Part shown: positions 9,734-20,300 of the stretch, one piece after another
How positions within the stretch are numbered: the stretch's first letter is position 1
Layout: every line of letters begins with the position of its first letter
Assembly (NCBI GenBank): GCA_046563655.1
Contig: JAJCTO010000010.1
Span: forward strand, 992,001 to 1,056,000
From: Yuukianura sp. NJ FZ-2021
Taxonomy: Eukaryota
DNA length: 64,000 nt
Direction of reading: 5' to 3'
The notes under the pieces: model-generated
Databases searched by the model: none
Told to the model about the DNA's origin: nothing
The model's input: the letters and a program-made list of their open reading frames with translations, nothing else
Made by a program: the position numbers and the translations under genes

Positions 9734-11191
9734 ATGTCAGAGCTAGAAAAACAAATCAAAGAGGATTACGTAAATCCAAATGTCCAGCATAGCTTTTCGG
9801 GTGCATATCAAGTTAAAAAAAGTTTGAAAAATCATTCAAAAGATGTCGAGCAGTCACTCTACTCCATACCAGTATATACTCTGCACAAACGAGCTCGGAA
9901 AAGATATCCTAGGCGAAGAGTATTCATTCCTGGACTTAAGCAACAAATGTGTAACGCCGGAAATAGGCGTTCGCCATTTCAGGAAGGGCCCACGGGGGAG
10001 ACCGATGTTTGCCCCGTGGGGTCAAGGGCCCTAAAGACCCCTTCCGGGCGGCCGAGGTTCCATGCCAGTCAGTCCATTGTTGCGAGGAGGTGAAATGAAG
10101 TCTTTTTGTTCTTATTAAGTGTCGTACTTCTTTGTTCGGAGTTTTGCTTACTTCTTCGACTTCTGTACTGACTTAACTTAGGGCAGTAACTACCGGGTAT
10201 TTATACCAGGTGCTTAATTACTGCTAATTACTCAATTAAGGTTGCGGTAAACATAGGAAGTTCGGAGCTCTAACCGCATTACCGGCTACGGCTGTGGTTA
10301 CCTTAATTGGGCTAATTCACTAATCAATTTAGCCTTGTGGTTTTTGTCTTAATTAGCCTGGCCTTGCTATTACACTTCCTGCCTAGTGACTAAATACAAG
10401 GGCTGGGGTCCCTTAGCGACTAAGTGACTAAGTGTACTAAGTACTCTAAATATGGGTACTCTAAATCTGGGTGTAACAAATGGTAGCAGATCTGATTGAC
10501 GTAAGCAAGTATTGCGACTCAAACAACGGATACAAGTTCTTGTTGACTTGCATCAATGGGTTTAGTAAAGTTGCAGATGCAATTCCACTCAAGAATAAAA
10601 ATGCCCCAACTGTGCGAAATGCTCTGGCAAAGATTATAGAAAAGCGAGGGCCTTGCAAGTACTTGCAGGTAGATCGGGGCAAAGAATTCATCAACAAAAC
10701 TGTGGAAAAGTTACTCAAACAGCATGGAATCCATATGTTCAGTACAGGATCCGAGTTGAAGGCGGTAATTGTGGAGAGATTCAACCAGACTCTTATGAAT
10801 AGAATTGCTCGCTACATGACTTACAAGGGAACGGAGAAATTTTCTACCTGCGATCGTAGAGAATTACAACAATTCATACCACTCTTCCATCAAATGCACA
10901 CCAAATCAAGTCAATGAAGAAACGAAAACTGACGTTTTTCTAAATCTCTACAAAGACAGAGTCGTAAAGCGTCGTAAAAAAACGAAATTCTCCGTTGGGG
11001 ACACTGTTCTGATTAGTAAAATCAAAAAAATCTTTGAAAAGGGCTACTCGAGGTCTTGGAATCGAGAGCAGTTCAAGGTTTCCAAAGTTTGTTATACTAC
11101 TCCAACCAGCTATCAGCTTCAGGATTTAAAAGGAGAGTTCATCTTTGGTGTATTTTATGATCCGGAACTCCAGAAAATTCTTCATTCCTAA
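9734..11191 (+). pseudogene. Retroviral-type (rve, DDE) integrase, disrupted by a solo LTR and a frameshift near 10843
   Basis: Removing 9950-10482 gives in-frame ...PGLKQQ-MVADLIDV. DDE residues lie in ADLID, QVDRGKEF and VERFNQTL. After the shift the frame continues LPAIVENYNNSYHSSIKCTP...FSVGDTVLIS...FEKGYSRSW...FYDPELQKILHS to a stop at 11189-11191. Confidence 0.93.
9950..10478 (-). mobile_element. Solo LTR (529 bp), probably Ty3/gypsy type
   Basis: TG...CA ends with an imperfect terminal inverted repeat (TGTAACGCC...GGTGTAACA). The 4-bp TSD AATG lies at 9946-9949 and 10479-10482. Orientation is inferred only from a minus-strand TATAAATA (10198-10205) followed by TAAGT/TCAGT. Confidence 0.88.
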
Positions 11192-11374
11192 CCTTGAAGT
11201 CCGCGGGTGATGAACTGTGGTTGCATTTTTAGTATCTGGAGATCATTTTCCGAGTTTTTGTGTAAACGAAATTCTACAACTACAATCACAGTGTTTAAAT
11301 CCTTTTCTTGCAACTGCAACTTGAACAAATCGTCACGAGGACAATCTGTGAAGCTCCACCCACCCACTCAAGAA

Positions 11375-11737
11375 ATGGCTACTCCTGGACCAAGCTTTGT
11401 ACCATCCGAAGACATGGAAGGTCACGAAAGTTCACCTCCATACACCCTACATTCTACTCGTCAAAAGAAAAAGAAGCATTATCCAGCACACACGCGCAAA
11501 GTATCATCGGTTCCCATGATTGTGGAGATTCGTAAACAATTCCCAAATCCTCTTCCGCCGCCTCAAGTCATGCTCGAGAATGGATGGACCCTCTTTTTTG
11601 CTGATCATCTTGGGAATACTACAGACAACTCTTATCTTCACATTCGAAACCAGTTGGAAGCGGGTGTTGGAATCTGTATTCCTGCAGATTTGTTTGACTG
11701 TCTAGTTCAAGGACTACTTGAACTCAAACGAACTTGA
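11375..11737 (+). CDS. Hypothetical protein, ~120 aa, possibly a PC4-like ssDNA-binding fold
   Basis: ATG at 11375 (AAATGG context) lies within ORF 11207-11737. A disordered N-terminus with KKKK is followed by YLHIR......GICIPADLFDCLV. The gene converges on the ATPase. Confidence 0.55.
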   Translation: MATPGPSFVPSEDMEGHESSPPYTLHSTRQKKKKHYPAHTRKVSSVPMIVEIRKQFPNPLPPPQVMLENGWTLFFADHLGNTTDNSYLHIRNQLEAGVGICIPADLFDCLVQGLLELKRT

Positions 11738-11756
11738 GGGGTAAGTTACCTTGAAT

Positions 11757-12413
11757 CTATTTTTTCAAATAGACGATGCATGATGGGTCGGGAAAAAGAT
11801 TTGAACGGAAACGGTGTTCATCATCCTGCTGTTGACTCAAGTCCATAAACAAGTAACTGTTTGGCTTGTTTTTTGTTGCGTCCTCGTATGCAGCTTCAAG
11901 GACGGGATGACTTTTTCCATTGTTCATTTGTCTTCCCAGAAACTGAATAATTGTAGAGTCTCTCGGATTTCGAAATAACGCCAAATATTTGCTGTTTAAC
12001 GTCAAGTTTCTACAGTTTTTGTAGAAAAAGTTTTGCATTGTAATGATTAGAGACATTGATCTGTGATGACTCCCTCGTGTCACCATTGTGCAAACGTCCT
12101 TGGACATTGCAATCTCTTCCATAAAGTCGTCGAGAATAACGAGAGTGGGAACTCGGTTTCCCTCGGCCACCTCCACCTCCATACCCTTTTGAAATTCAAC
12201 ACAAACGTCCTCCTTGTCCTTGAAAGCTTCTCGCACAGAACTTGCAAACGAAGGCAAATCTTCACCGTAGCAATAGATTACTCGCTCAATTTTAGGCTCA
12301 ATCACTTCATCCTTCCTCAAAATTAATTGATGAATTAATGTACTTTTTCCAGATTGCGTGGCTCCTGCACAAACCATCACAAACGGATGACTCAGCCCGA
12401 AATGAAAACTCAT
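11757..12413 (-). CDS. A32/FtsK-like genome-packaging ATPase, 218 aa, intact
   Basis: Walker A GATQSGKST, Walker B LVILDD, RGSHH arginine-finger region, ITMQN, FRNPRD and YLFMDL. Confidence 0.95.
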   Translation of the reverse strand: MSFHFGLSHPFVMVCAGATQSGKSTLIHQLILRKDEVIEPKIERVIYCYGEDLPSFASSVREAFKDKEDVCVEFQKGMEVEVAEGNRVPTLVILDDFMEEIAMSKDVCTMVTRGSHHRSMSLIITMQNFFYKNCRNLTLNSKYLALFRNPRDSTIIQFLGRQMNNGKSHPVLEAAYEDATKNKPNSYLFMDLSQQQDDEHRFRSNLFPDPSCIVYLKK

Positions 12414-12507
12414 CTCTACTACAACTTAAAAAAAACACTTGTGTTTGGTCAAACGGTTAAATTCAAACTAAAATTTAAATTTTTATTTAATTGGCTTAAA
12501 TAATAAC

Positions 12508-15500
12508 TTAAACTTGTTGCATTTGTTCGTCTTGTTGTTGTTCTTCTTCTTCTTCTTGTTGGTACATTGGGATTTGGTAGTGACCAAATCGGAGAGACTC
12601 GATTGGGGAAATGTAGTAGCCCGACTTATCCTCCAAGGCAGAAAGGCTCTGCTTGCATACGGTCGTTGTGTAAACTCGGTGGTCCAAACTTCGAATTGTG
12701 GTCATCCTAACACTGAGTGAAGATGACTCATCCAGCACACGAAGATAGTCATCAAAACGAAGTTGATTCCTCACCGCAGCTCTCACCGTGCCCTTGGCTT
12801 TTTTTCGGTCCGAGACGATGTTATTCTGGTCCAGAGAGCGGACGCAGTACAGTTTTGGCTTGAGTGCAACAACCTCAGTTACAATTGAATTGGCAAATTC
12901 GTCCTTGAAGTAGCCGCACTTTCCTTGATGTTGCTGGGAAGACAAGTGTCCGAGGGTTGGATGCTTTGGATCATAGTTGGAAGTGTCGAGTCGGCAGTCT
13001 GGATCTTGGGTCATTTGGTAAAAGTCTTGGTAGAGATCTGGAGTCTTGATGTGCAACAGGAGACTGTCCGTGTCCGTCATAACCAGTCTCATGTTTTCGC
13101 CATACTTTTTCGGCATGACATTGTAGTAGAAATCGTACATGATTCGTTTGCTGTCATCCAAAACTGTAAGTCCAGCACTTATGTGCTTATTTAAACATAC
13201 TGAAAGCTTTTTCATCATGAACAAAACACACTCTTCGTGTAAAATTTTGAAACGTTTCACAGTTGGTTTTTTTCCATACTCGAAAACTTTTTGACGAGTC
13301 AGCGCAATGTTGATTCTCTTGTGCTTTCGAACATTTTGCAACAGTTTCCCAAACACAATGTTTCCCATCGCTTTCCAAAATTTCACATCAACTGGATTCG
13401 TGGCACTTCTCCTTCTCTGGATGCACATTTCAATGTAGGGACGCATAAGTGGTGCTTGTGTGAAACGAAGACCTCGGTGGATTTTTGTCAACTTGAGTCC
13501 CAACTGCAAAAACAACTTGAGCAGTCTGTAGTGGATAATGTAATTTTTTTTTGGGTAAAAGGTGCCCATCAGTTTGGATTTGTTGACTGAGGTCGGTCTA
13601 ACACCCAAATTTTCCATCATGTTTTTTGTGTAGGGGGACAAGTTTTCATATTCAATCATTCCTCGTTCTACTGCCAGTGGATAGTCATTGTGCTGATCAT
13701 GCAGTTCATCTGGATAGTCCAAGTCAACTTCCAAAATGAGCCCTTCTCTCTCCTCATCTCCCATCCTCAAAATTCTTGCAACTGCACTCTCCAAATCTGC
13801 GGTTCGTGCTTCAAAGCTCGGATCCCAGCGGAAATTCTTCCAAGGAACAAAGCATCTCAAACATGTGCTGTAGAGAAGATTGGCGTCCAACAAGCACAAG
13901 TAGCTTAGTGGTTTCGACGGGTCGTATTGAGCTCCCATGTAAGGATTGTTTGCTTTTGCATATCGAAGCCCCACAGCACAATTTCCACCACGAATTCCCC
14001 TCTCACACCACATGTACATGTCATCCACTTTCAAGTAGTCATAATCGACTCTTCCAATCAACATTGCAGCATCGTATGCAATTCCTGGAAGGGTCACGTA
14101 ATGAGCGGGGTCTAAGCGGAAATTTGTAATCATCGTATCTCTCAAGTCCTGGAAACAATCTGCAAACAAGCAAACGTCCAACTTCACATAAAGGTTGTGA
14201 TAGTCTCTCAGTGTTCTACATCCAAACTCTTCCCACACCTTCAGTGCTCTTTCGTAATCTTCGTCGGAAATTCCTTCTCCTCTCAGTTCACTGTAGAATG
14301 CTTCCTTGCCGGGCAGTCCAGTCTCATCCATCTTTTCAAAACTGTCCATGTACTCGTATGGGTAGACCCCCTTTTGAAGCAGAAAAGACATTGCTCCTGG
14401 ATGATGACGAAATGCACCTTTGGTCACTTGGAACTTATTCACATCCTTTTTCGCCATCATTTCCACCAAGTCTGCCAAGCTGGAACTGATAAACTGATAA
14501 GAGTCTATAAACTTGAGAGCATTTCCGGCATGAGTTGTACACTCCATTGATGTAAACTTTTCTTCTGACGTAGGTAGGGGTAAAACATGTTTGAACAAGT
14601 TGCTTTTCAACGCTTGAACTATAAAGTGAGAGTCATAGTTTCGAAAATTGTGAAAAACGATGGGGATTTTTTTGGTGACTTGAAGTTGTAAGTTGCAATT
14701 GTTACAACTCACTCCTCGTATACGTCCCGTGAGGTGACAATGGTCAATCACTGTGTCCCTCACATTTCGAAACCCAGCACCACAGTGGATGCAGTTTGTC
14801 GCTGCGGTTCTCATATTATAAAAATCAATTTCTGTGTATGATGGGTCACGTCCAACATCTTGTTTCAATTTTATAAAATATGGTTCAGTAATATTCACCA
14901 AATCTTCGAGTAAATGCTGAGCAGCGTTTCGACCACAAAAGGTCAATGGTTCCTCGCACATCCTCCCGGTTGGTCCTAGAATCACAAAACTGTAGCCAAA
15001 GTCAACGTGTTCATTCAGCACATTTCCAATTCACATTGTTCCACATTCTTGTCGTAAAATGCACTCAAAGTCACAAACAATGACAAAAGACACAGGTAGT
15101 GTGTGGCGAATGTGCTTGAATGTGTACTTGAATTCTGGTGGAAAGCACACACCCTGTGGTTCTACTGCGGCACAGAAAATTTTATGTCTGTCCAGTGTCT
15201 CCTTTGATCGCCAGTAGTGGAGACAAAAATTGCAGATAAACTTTTCAGCACGCACTTGCTTCCCAGAAGGCGAGATAACCCAAAAGATGGATTTTCGTCC
15301 GTTTGTTTAAGCAAAACGAAATGCGAATCACTTCCGTCTATGAGTAATAATAAATCAATGTGCTTTTCCCTCTTTTCTTGACATACATGAAGTGGAAACA
15401 CTTTCAGCTTCTGTTTCGCGTAATTCGGATCCAACTCATCTCTGTGTTCATACCCATACACATTCACTGACAATTTAGGATTAAAGTGGTGAAACTTGTC

Positions 15501-17011
15501 CATTTGGTCTAGGTCCATCGGAAAGTTGACGCAGTCCCAGTCCACAGTGTTTGGAACATTGTCGTAGCTTCTGGGGTTAACGACATGGTACCACGGAGTT
15601 GATCCATTCTTATATAACGGATATAATTCGGACAAAATGGCATACTTGAAGCAGAATTCGTCAACATTTCTAATATTCACAATGCAACACTTGCGTCTTA
15701 TACTTGCTGGCGTGGGGATCCAACCGCGTCCTCGTTGGATTTGGTAAACAGAAAACTTGAAGGTAATCCATTTGAACCGGCTAACTTTCCACCCAGATCC
15801 CTTCCGCAGAAATACTGCTATTGTGTCTCCAATTTTGTTTGACATCAACCGAATTGCGTTTTCTATCATCCGTGGTTGCAGACAGACATGTGCAAAAGAA
15901 CGAAATGGGAAGTCTTCCACCTGATGTTCATCCGGATTATAACGCAGTTCTCGTGTCATTTCTACAAGTGCAACACTTGTCACTAAATACGAGCCAATTT
16001 CATCGTGAATCCTTGTCATCAACTCCCTCAAGGTCGCTGAGCAATGTGAAAACACGCCACGCACGTCCACAAACACATTTTCCTCAAATCTAGCCGTATA
16101 CTCGCGAGTTGTACCTCCAAAAGCTACCACTTCATCAAAAGGTACGCGGTTGAATGCAGCACAACCACCCTGCTGATTTGGAGTAACATTTCGAACATAA
16201 ATTTCGGGATGAACGTTGAATTGGTGTTCATCTAAATGTCCCGGAAATTCAAAGTTTATTCCGCATTGGGCGCAAAACCGCCTCTGGTAGTTTTGTAATT
16301 CCAAAACCTCAGGATCTGTCATTTCATACAAAACAAATACGTTTCACGAAAATTTAATACAAAATATAATAATTTGCAGCTTACCTTCTATTTCGTTCCG
16401 AAGGTGTTCAACAACCTGCTGCGGCCTCGGAATACCTGGCGACCTTGAACTTCTTGAACCAGCTGATCGTAAAATAAACAAGATGAATGTCATCTCAAAC
16501 AAAAATTTCATATAATTACAACTTTTCTTACATGGCAATTGAATGCTTGGATGAACTTGCTCCATATGACTTATAAAGTCTCGCTCTCTAAGTCCTCGTA
16601 TGTTACAAGTTTCGCAGCCGAACAGTCTTTCGCAAAATGTTTCCCTCGCGCGATTATCTTCAACTCGGACACCTTGTAACAAAAGGTAAATTGTACAACC
16701 ACTTTCTATCAACATTGGTTAATATTCATCGATTAGTCTGCTATTGTTCTAAACATACCTTGAATTTCAACATCCTGAAAAGTGCAACTAATGTGCGACA
16801 AATCTTGAATCTGATCGTCTTGTAACAGTTCGCCTAATGTACAAAGATTTTGTTTTAACAATATCGTTTAACATGCTATTGTACTAAAATTACCTGGGAT
16901 TTCAATGTCAGGATGAGTCCTTTGGACATGATTCAAGAACTCTGGTGCACTTAAGTTTCCTAACGCACATCTTTCACACGTATACAAAATCGACTTATTG
17001 TAACCCGACAT
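12508..17011 (-). pseudogene. Protein-primed family B DNA polymerase (~1400 aa). Predicted five exons: 17011-16894, 16833-16759, 16672-16532, 16462-16385, 16315-12508. One frameshift (~15258) and one in-frame TGA (15031-15033).
   Basis: Motifs include ExoI CDFE, an EndoVII/HNH-like DHCHLTG..RG..CNNCN, ExoII HNFRNYD, KGVYPYEY, motif A LDANLLY, motif B K..GN..FGK and motif C TDTDS. The N-terminal region has GSGW and NVDEFCF. The upstream exons join in frame through GT-AG introns. The polymerase identity is secure; the 5' exon model is inferred. Confidence 0.9.
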
Positions 17012-17224
17012 TTTCGTTGTATATGTACACTGCTTCTAAGTTGGTAATCAACTAAACTCACCCACTTGCATGCATTTGCCTAATGGTAAGTTTGGAGCAA
17101 AGTAATGAAAATGCAGTCAATCTCCCCTCCTGGTTTCCTCCCAACTCTTAAGTACAAAAGAATTTGTGTGAGAGGGAGGATGGTGGATCTCACTCTCACA
17201 CAGGCAGCCCCGTGTGGGAAAATT

Positions 17225-17347
17225 GATGACATCATAATCATTGTCTCGTCAACTCCGTCAGTGCACATGTACTCACAGAGTTCATATCGAAAACGAGGTC
17301 ATGGTTTGTTTACGTTTTTTGGTAGTAGTCCCTACGTGATTACTACT
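17225..17347 (-). repeat. Right terminal inverted repeat of the Polinton
   Basis: Ends ...TTTGTTTACGTTTTTTGGTAGTAGTCCCTACGTGATTACTACT, the reverse complement of the sequence from 3328. The inner boundary is approximate. Confidence 0.92.
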
Positions 17348-20300
17348 CTTCAGGGAAAAACCGACTATTACATTTTCTAAATCAAAGTTGAACATTCAGC
17401 ATTTTTGGTCATTTCTGAATAGAAATTTTGGAAAATACTTTTTTATATTTCCTACCGACTAGCACATTAAATACATCATGTCTGAAAACTTCTGCCCAAC
17501 AATAGTCTGAAATTGTTATTTAGCACAACTCCACCATACAACAAGTGCATAAGTCTAACTACGATTTAGGTTTAACTTAGGGTTGACAGTATACAACAAG
17601 GTGTTAAACGTTCTGAAAAATGGAATTTATGCCTTGTTACCGCTCATACCAAAATTCTTGGTATTCATCAAATAACGGTCCACTTCCTCGTAGTGCATAA
17701 CTGACTACATCACACGTTGAAAAACATGTCAGCCTCCATCTTTGAGCTTAAACTAGAAGTGCCGGTGAAGTGTCAAGCATGCCTTCACTTCAGATGCAAA
17801 CGATGCGTTCTCACTTTGACACCATGAATCATGATAACTCACACGTCGATGGAACTTCAGGGAAAAACCGACTATTACATTTTCTAAATCAAAATTGAAC
17901 ATTCAGCATTTTTGGCCATTTTTGGATAAAATTTTTGGAAAATACTTTTTTATATTTCCTACCGACTAGCACATTAAATACATCATGTCTGAAAACTTCT
18001 GCCCAACAATAGTCTGAAATTGTTATTTAGCACAACTCCACCATACAACAAGTGCATAAGTCTAACTACGATTTAGGTTTAACTTAGGGTTGACACTATA
18101 CAACAAGGTGTTAAACGTTCTGAAAAATGGAATTTATGCCTTGTTACCGCTCATACCAAAATTCTTGGTATTCATCAAATAACGGTCCACTTCGTCGTAG
18201 TGCACAACTGACTAAATCACACGTTGAAAAACATGTCAGCCTCCATCTTTGAGCTTAAACTAGAAGTGCCGGTGAAGTGTCAAGCATGCCTTCACTTCAG
18301 ATGCAAACCATGCGTTCTCACTTTGACACCATGAATCATGATAACTCACACGTCGATGGAACTTCAGGGAAAAACCGACTATAACATTTTCTAAATCAAA
18401 ATTGAACATTCAGCATTTTTGGCCATTTCTGAATAGAAATTTTGGAAAATACTTTTTTATATTTCCTACCGACTTGCACATTAAATAGATCATGTCTGAA
18501 AACTTCTGCCCAACAATAGTCCGAAATTGTATTTTAGCACAGCATCACCATACCACAAGTGCATAAGTCTAACTACGATTTAGGTTTAACTTAGGGTTGA
18601 AACTTTACAACAAGGTGTTAAACGTTTTGAAAAATGGAATTTATGCCTTGTTACCGCTCATACCAAAATTCTTGGTATTCATCAAATAACGGTCCACTTC
18701 CTCGTAGTGCATAACTGACTAAATCACACGTTGAAAAACATGTCAGCCTCCATCTTTGAGCTTAAACTAGAAGTGCCGGTGAAGTGTCAAGCATGCCTTC
18801 ACTTCAGATGCAAACCATGCGTTCTCACTTTGACACCATGAATCATGATAACTCACACGTCGATGGAACTTCAGGGAAAAACCGACTATTACATTTTCTA
18901 AATCAAAATTGAACATTCAGCATTTTTGGCCATTTCTGAATAGAAATTTTGGAAAATACTTTTTTATATTTCCTACCGACTTGCACATTAAATAGATCAT
19001 GTCTGGAAACTTCTGCCCAACAATAGTCCGAAATTGTATTTTAGCACAGCATCACCATACCACAAGTGCATAAGTCTAACTACGATTTAGGTTTAACTTA
19101 GGGTTGAAACTTTACAACAAGGTGTTAAACGTTCTGAAAAATGGAATTTATGCCTTGTTACCGCTCATACCAAAATTCTTGGTATTCATCAAATAATGGT
19201 CCACTTCGTCGTAGTGCATAACTGACTAAATCACACGTTGAAAAACATGTTGTCAGACTCCATCCTTGAGCTTAAACTAGAAGTGCCGGTGAAGTGTCAA
19301 GCATGCCTTCACTTCACATGCAAACCATGCGTTCTCACTTTGACACCATGAATCATGATAACTCACACGTCGATGGAACTTCAGGGAAAAACCGACTATT
19401 ACATTTTCTAAATCAAAATTGAACATTCAGCATTTTTGGCCGTTTCTGGATACAATTTCTGGAAAATACTTTTTTATATTTCCTACCGACTAGCACATTA
19501 AATACATCATGTCTGAAAACTTCTGCCCAACAATAGTCTGAAATTGTTATTTAGCACAGCATCACCATACCACAAGTGCATAAGTCTAACTACGATTTAG
19601 GTTTAACTTAGGGTTGAAACTATACAACAAGGTGTTAAACGTTCTGAAAAATGGAATTTATGCCTTGTTACCGCTCATACCAAAATTCTTGGTATTCATC
19701 AAATAACGGTCCACTTCGTCGTAGTGCATAACTGACTAAATCACACGTTGAAAAACATGTTGTCAGACTCCATCCTTGAGCTTAACCTAGAAGTGCCGGT
19801 GAAGTGTCAAGCATGCCTTCACTTCACATGCAAACCATGCGTTCTCACTTTGACACCATGAACCATGATAACTCACACGTCGATGGAACTTCAGGGAAAA
19901 ACCGACTATTACATTTTCTAAATCAAAATTGAACATTCAGCATTTTTGGCCGTTTCTGGATACAATTTTTGGAAAATACTTTTTATATTTCCTACCGACT
20001 TGCACATTAAATAGATCATGTGTGAAAACTTCTGCATAACAATAGTCCAAAATTGTATTTTAGCACAGCTCCACCATACAACAAGTGCATAAGTCTAACT
20101 ACGATTTAGGTTTAACTTAGGGTTGACACTATACAACAAGGTGTTAAACGTTCTGAAAAATGGAATTTATGCCTTGTTACCGCTCATACCAAAATTCTTG
20201 GTATTCATCAAATAATGGTCCACTTCGTCGTAGTGCATAACTGACTAAATCACACGTTGAAAAACATGTTGTCAGACTCCATCCTTGAGCTTAAACTAGA

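Larger units (their letters stand above)
3328..17347. mobile_element. Polinton/Maverick (polintovirus-like) element, full length (14,020 bp), partly degraded
   Basis: Termini are 5'-AGTAGT...ACTACT-3' with terminal inverted repeats. The 6-bp TSD CTTCAG lies at 3322-3327 and 17348-17353, and removing the element restores the satellite sequence GGAACTTCAGGGAAAAA. It carries pPolB, integrase, ATPase, protease and two capsid genes. Confidence 0.97.

Noticed and set aside
9707..10093. 128-aa ORF as an independent gene
   Set aside because: It is the integrase N-terminus reading through into the LTR.
10173..10183. TTAACTTAGGG shared between the solo LTR and the satellite
   Set aside because: An 11-bp AT-rich match with no flanking similarity is compatible with chance.
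9945..10482. 5-bp TSD (AAATG) reading of the LTR insertion
   Set aside because: It would remove the canonical terminal CA. The 4-bp TSD with TG...CA ends is more parsimonious.
12063..14550. Numerous short plus-strand ORFs opposite the ATPase and polymerase (and likewise opposite the MCP)
   Set aside because: These are antisense shadows of real genes and have no motifs.
16344..16715. 123-aa ORF as a standalone gene, and ATG 16331 as the polymerase start
   Set aside because: Better explained as exons 3-4 with read-through intron sequence. ATG 16331 lies inside predicted intron 4.
16759..16774. Alternative 16-bp micro-exon using the TTTTCAG acceptor at 16775
   Set aside because: It is out of frame with the zinc-finger exon 1. 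It would fit only a weaker ATG at 16929, so it remains a possible minor isoform.
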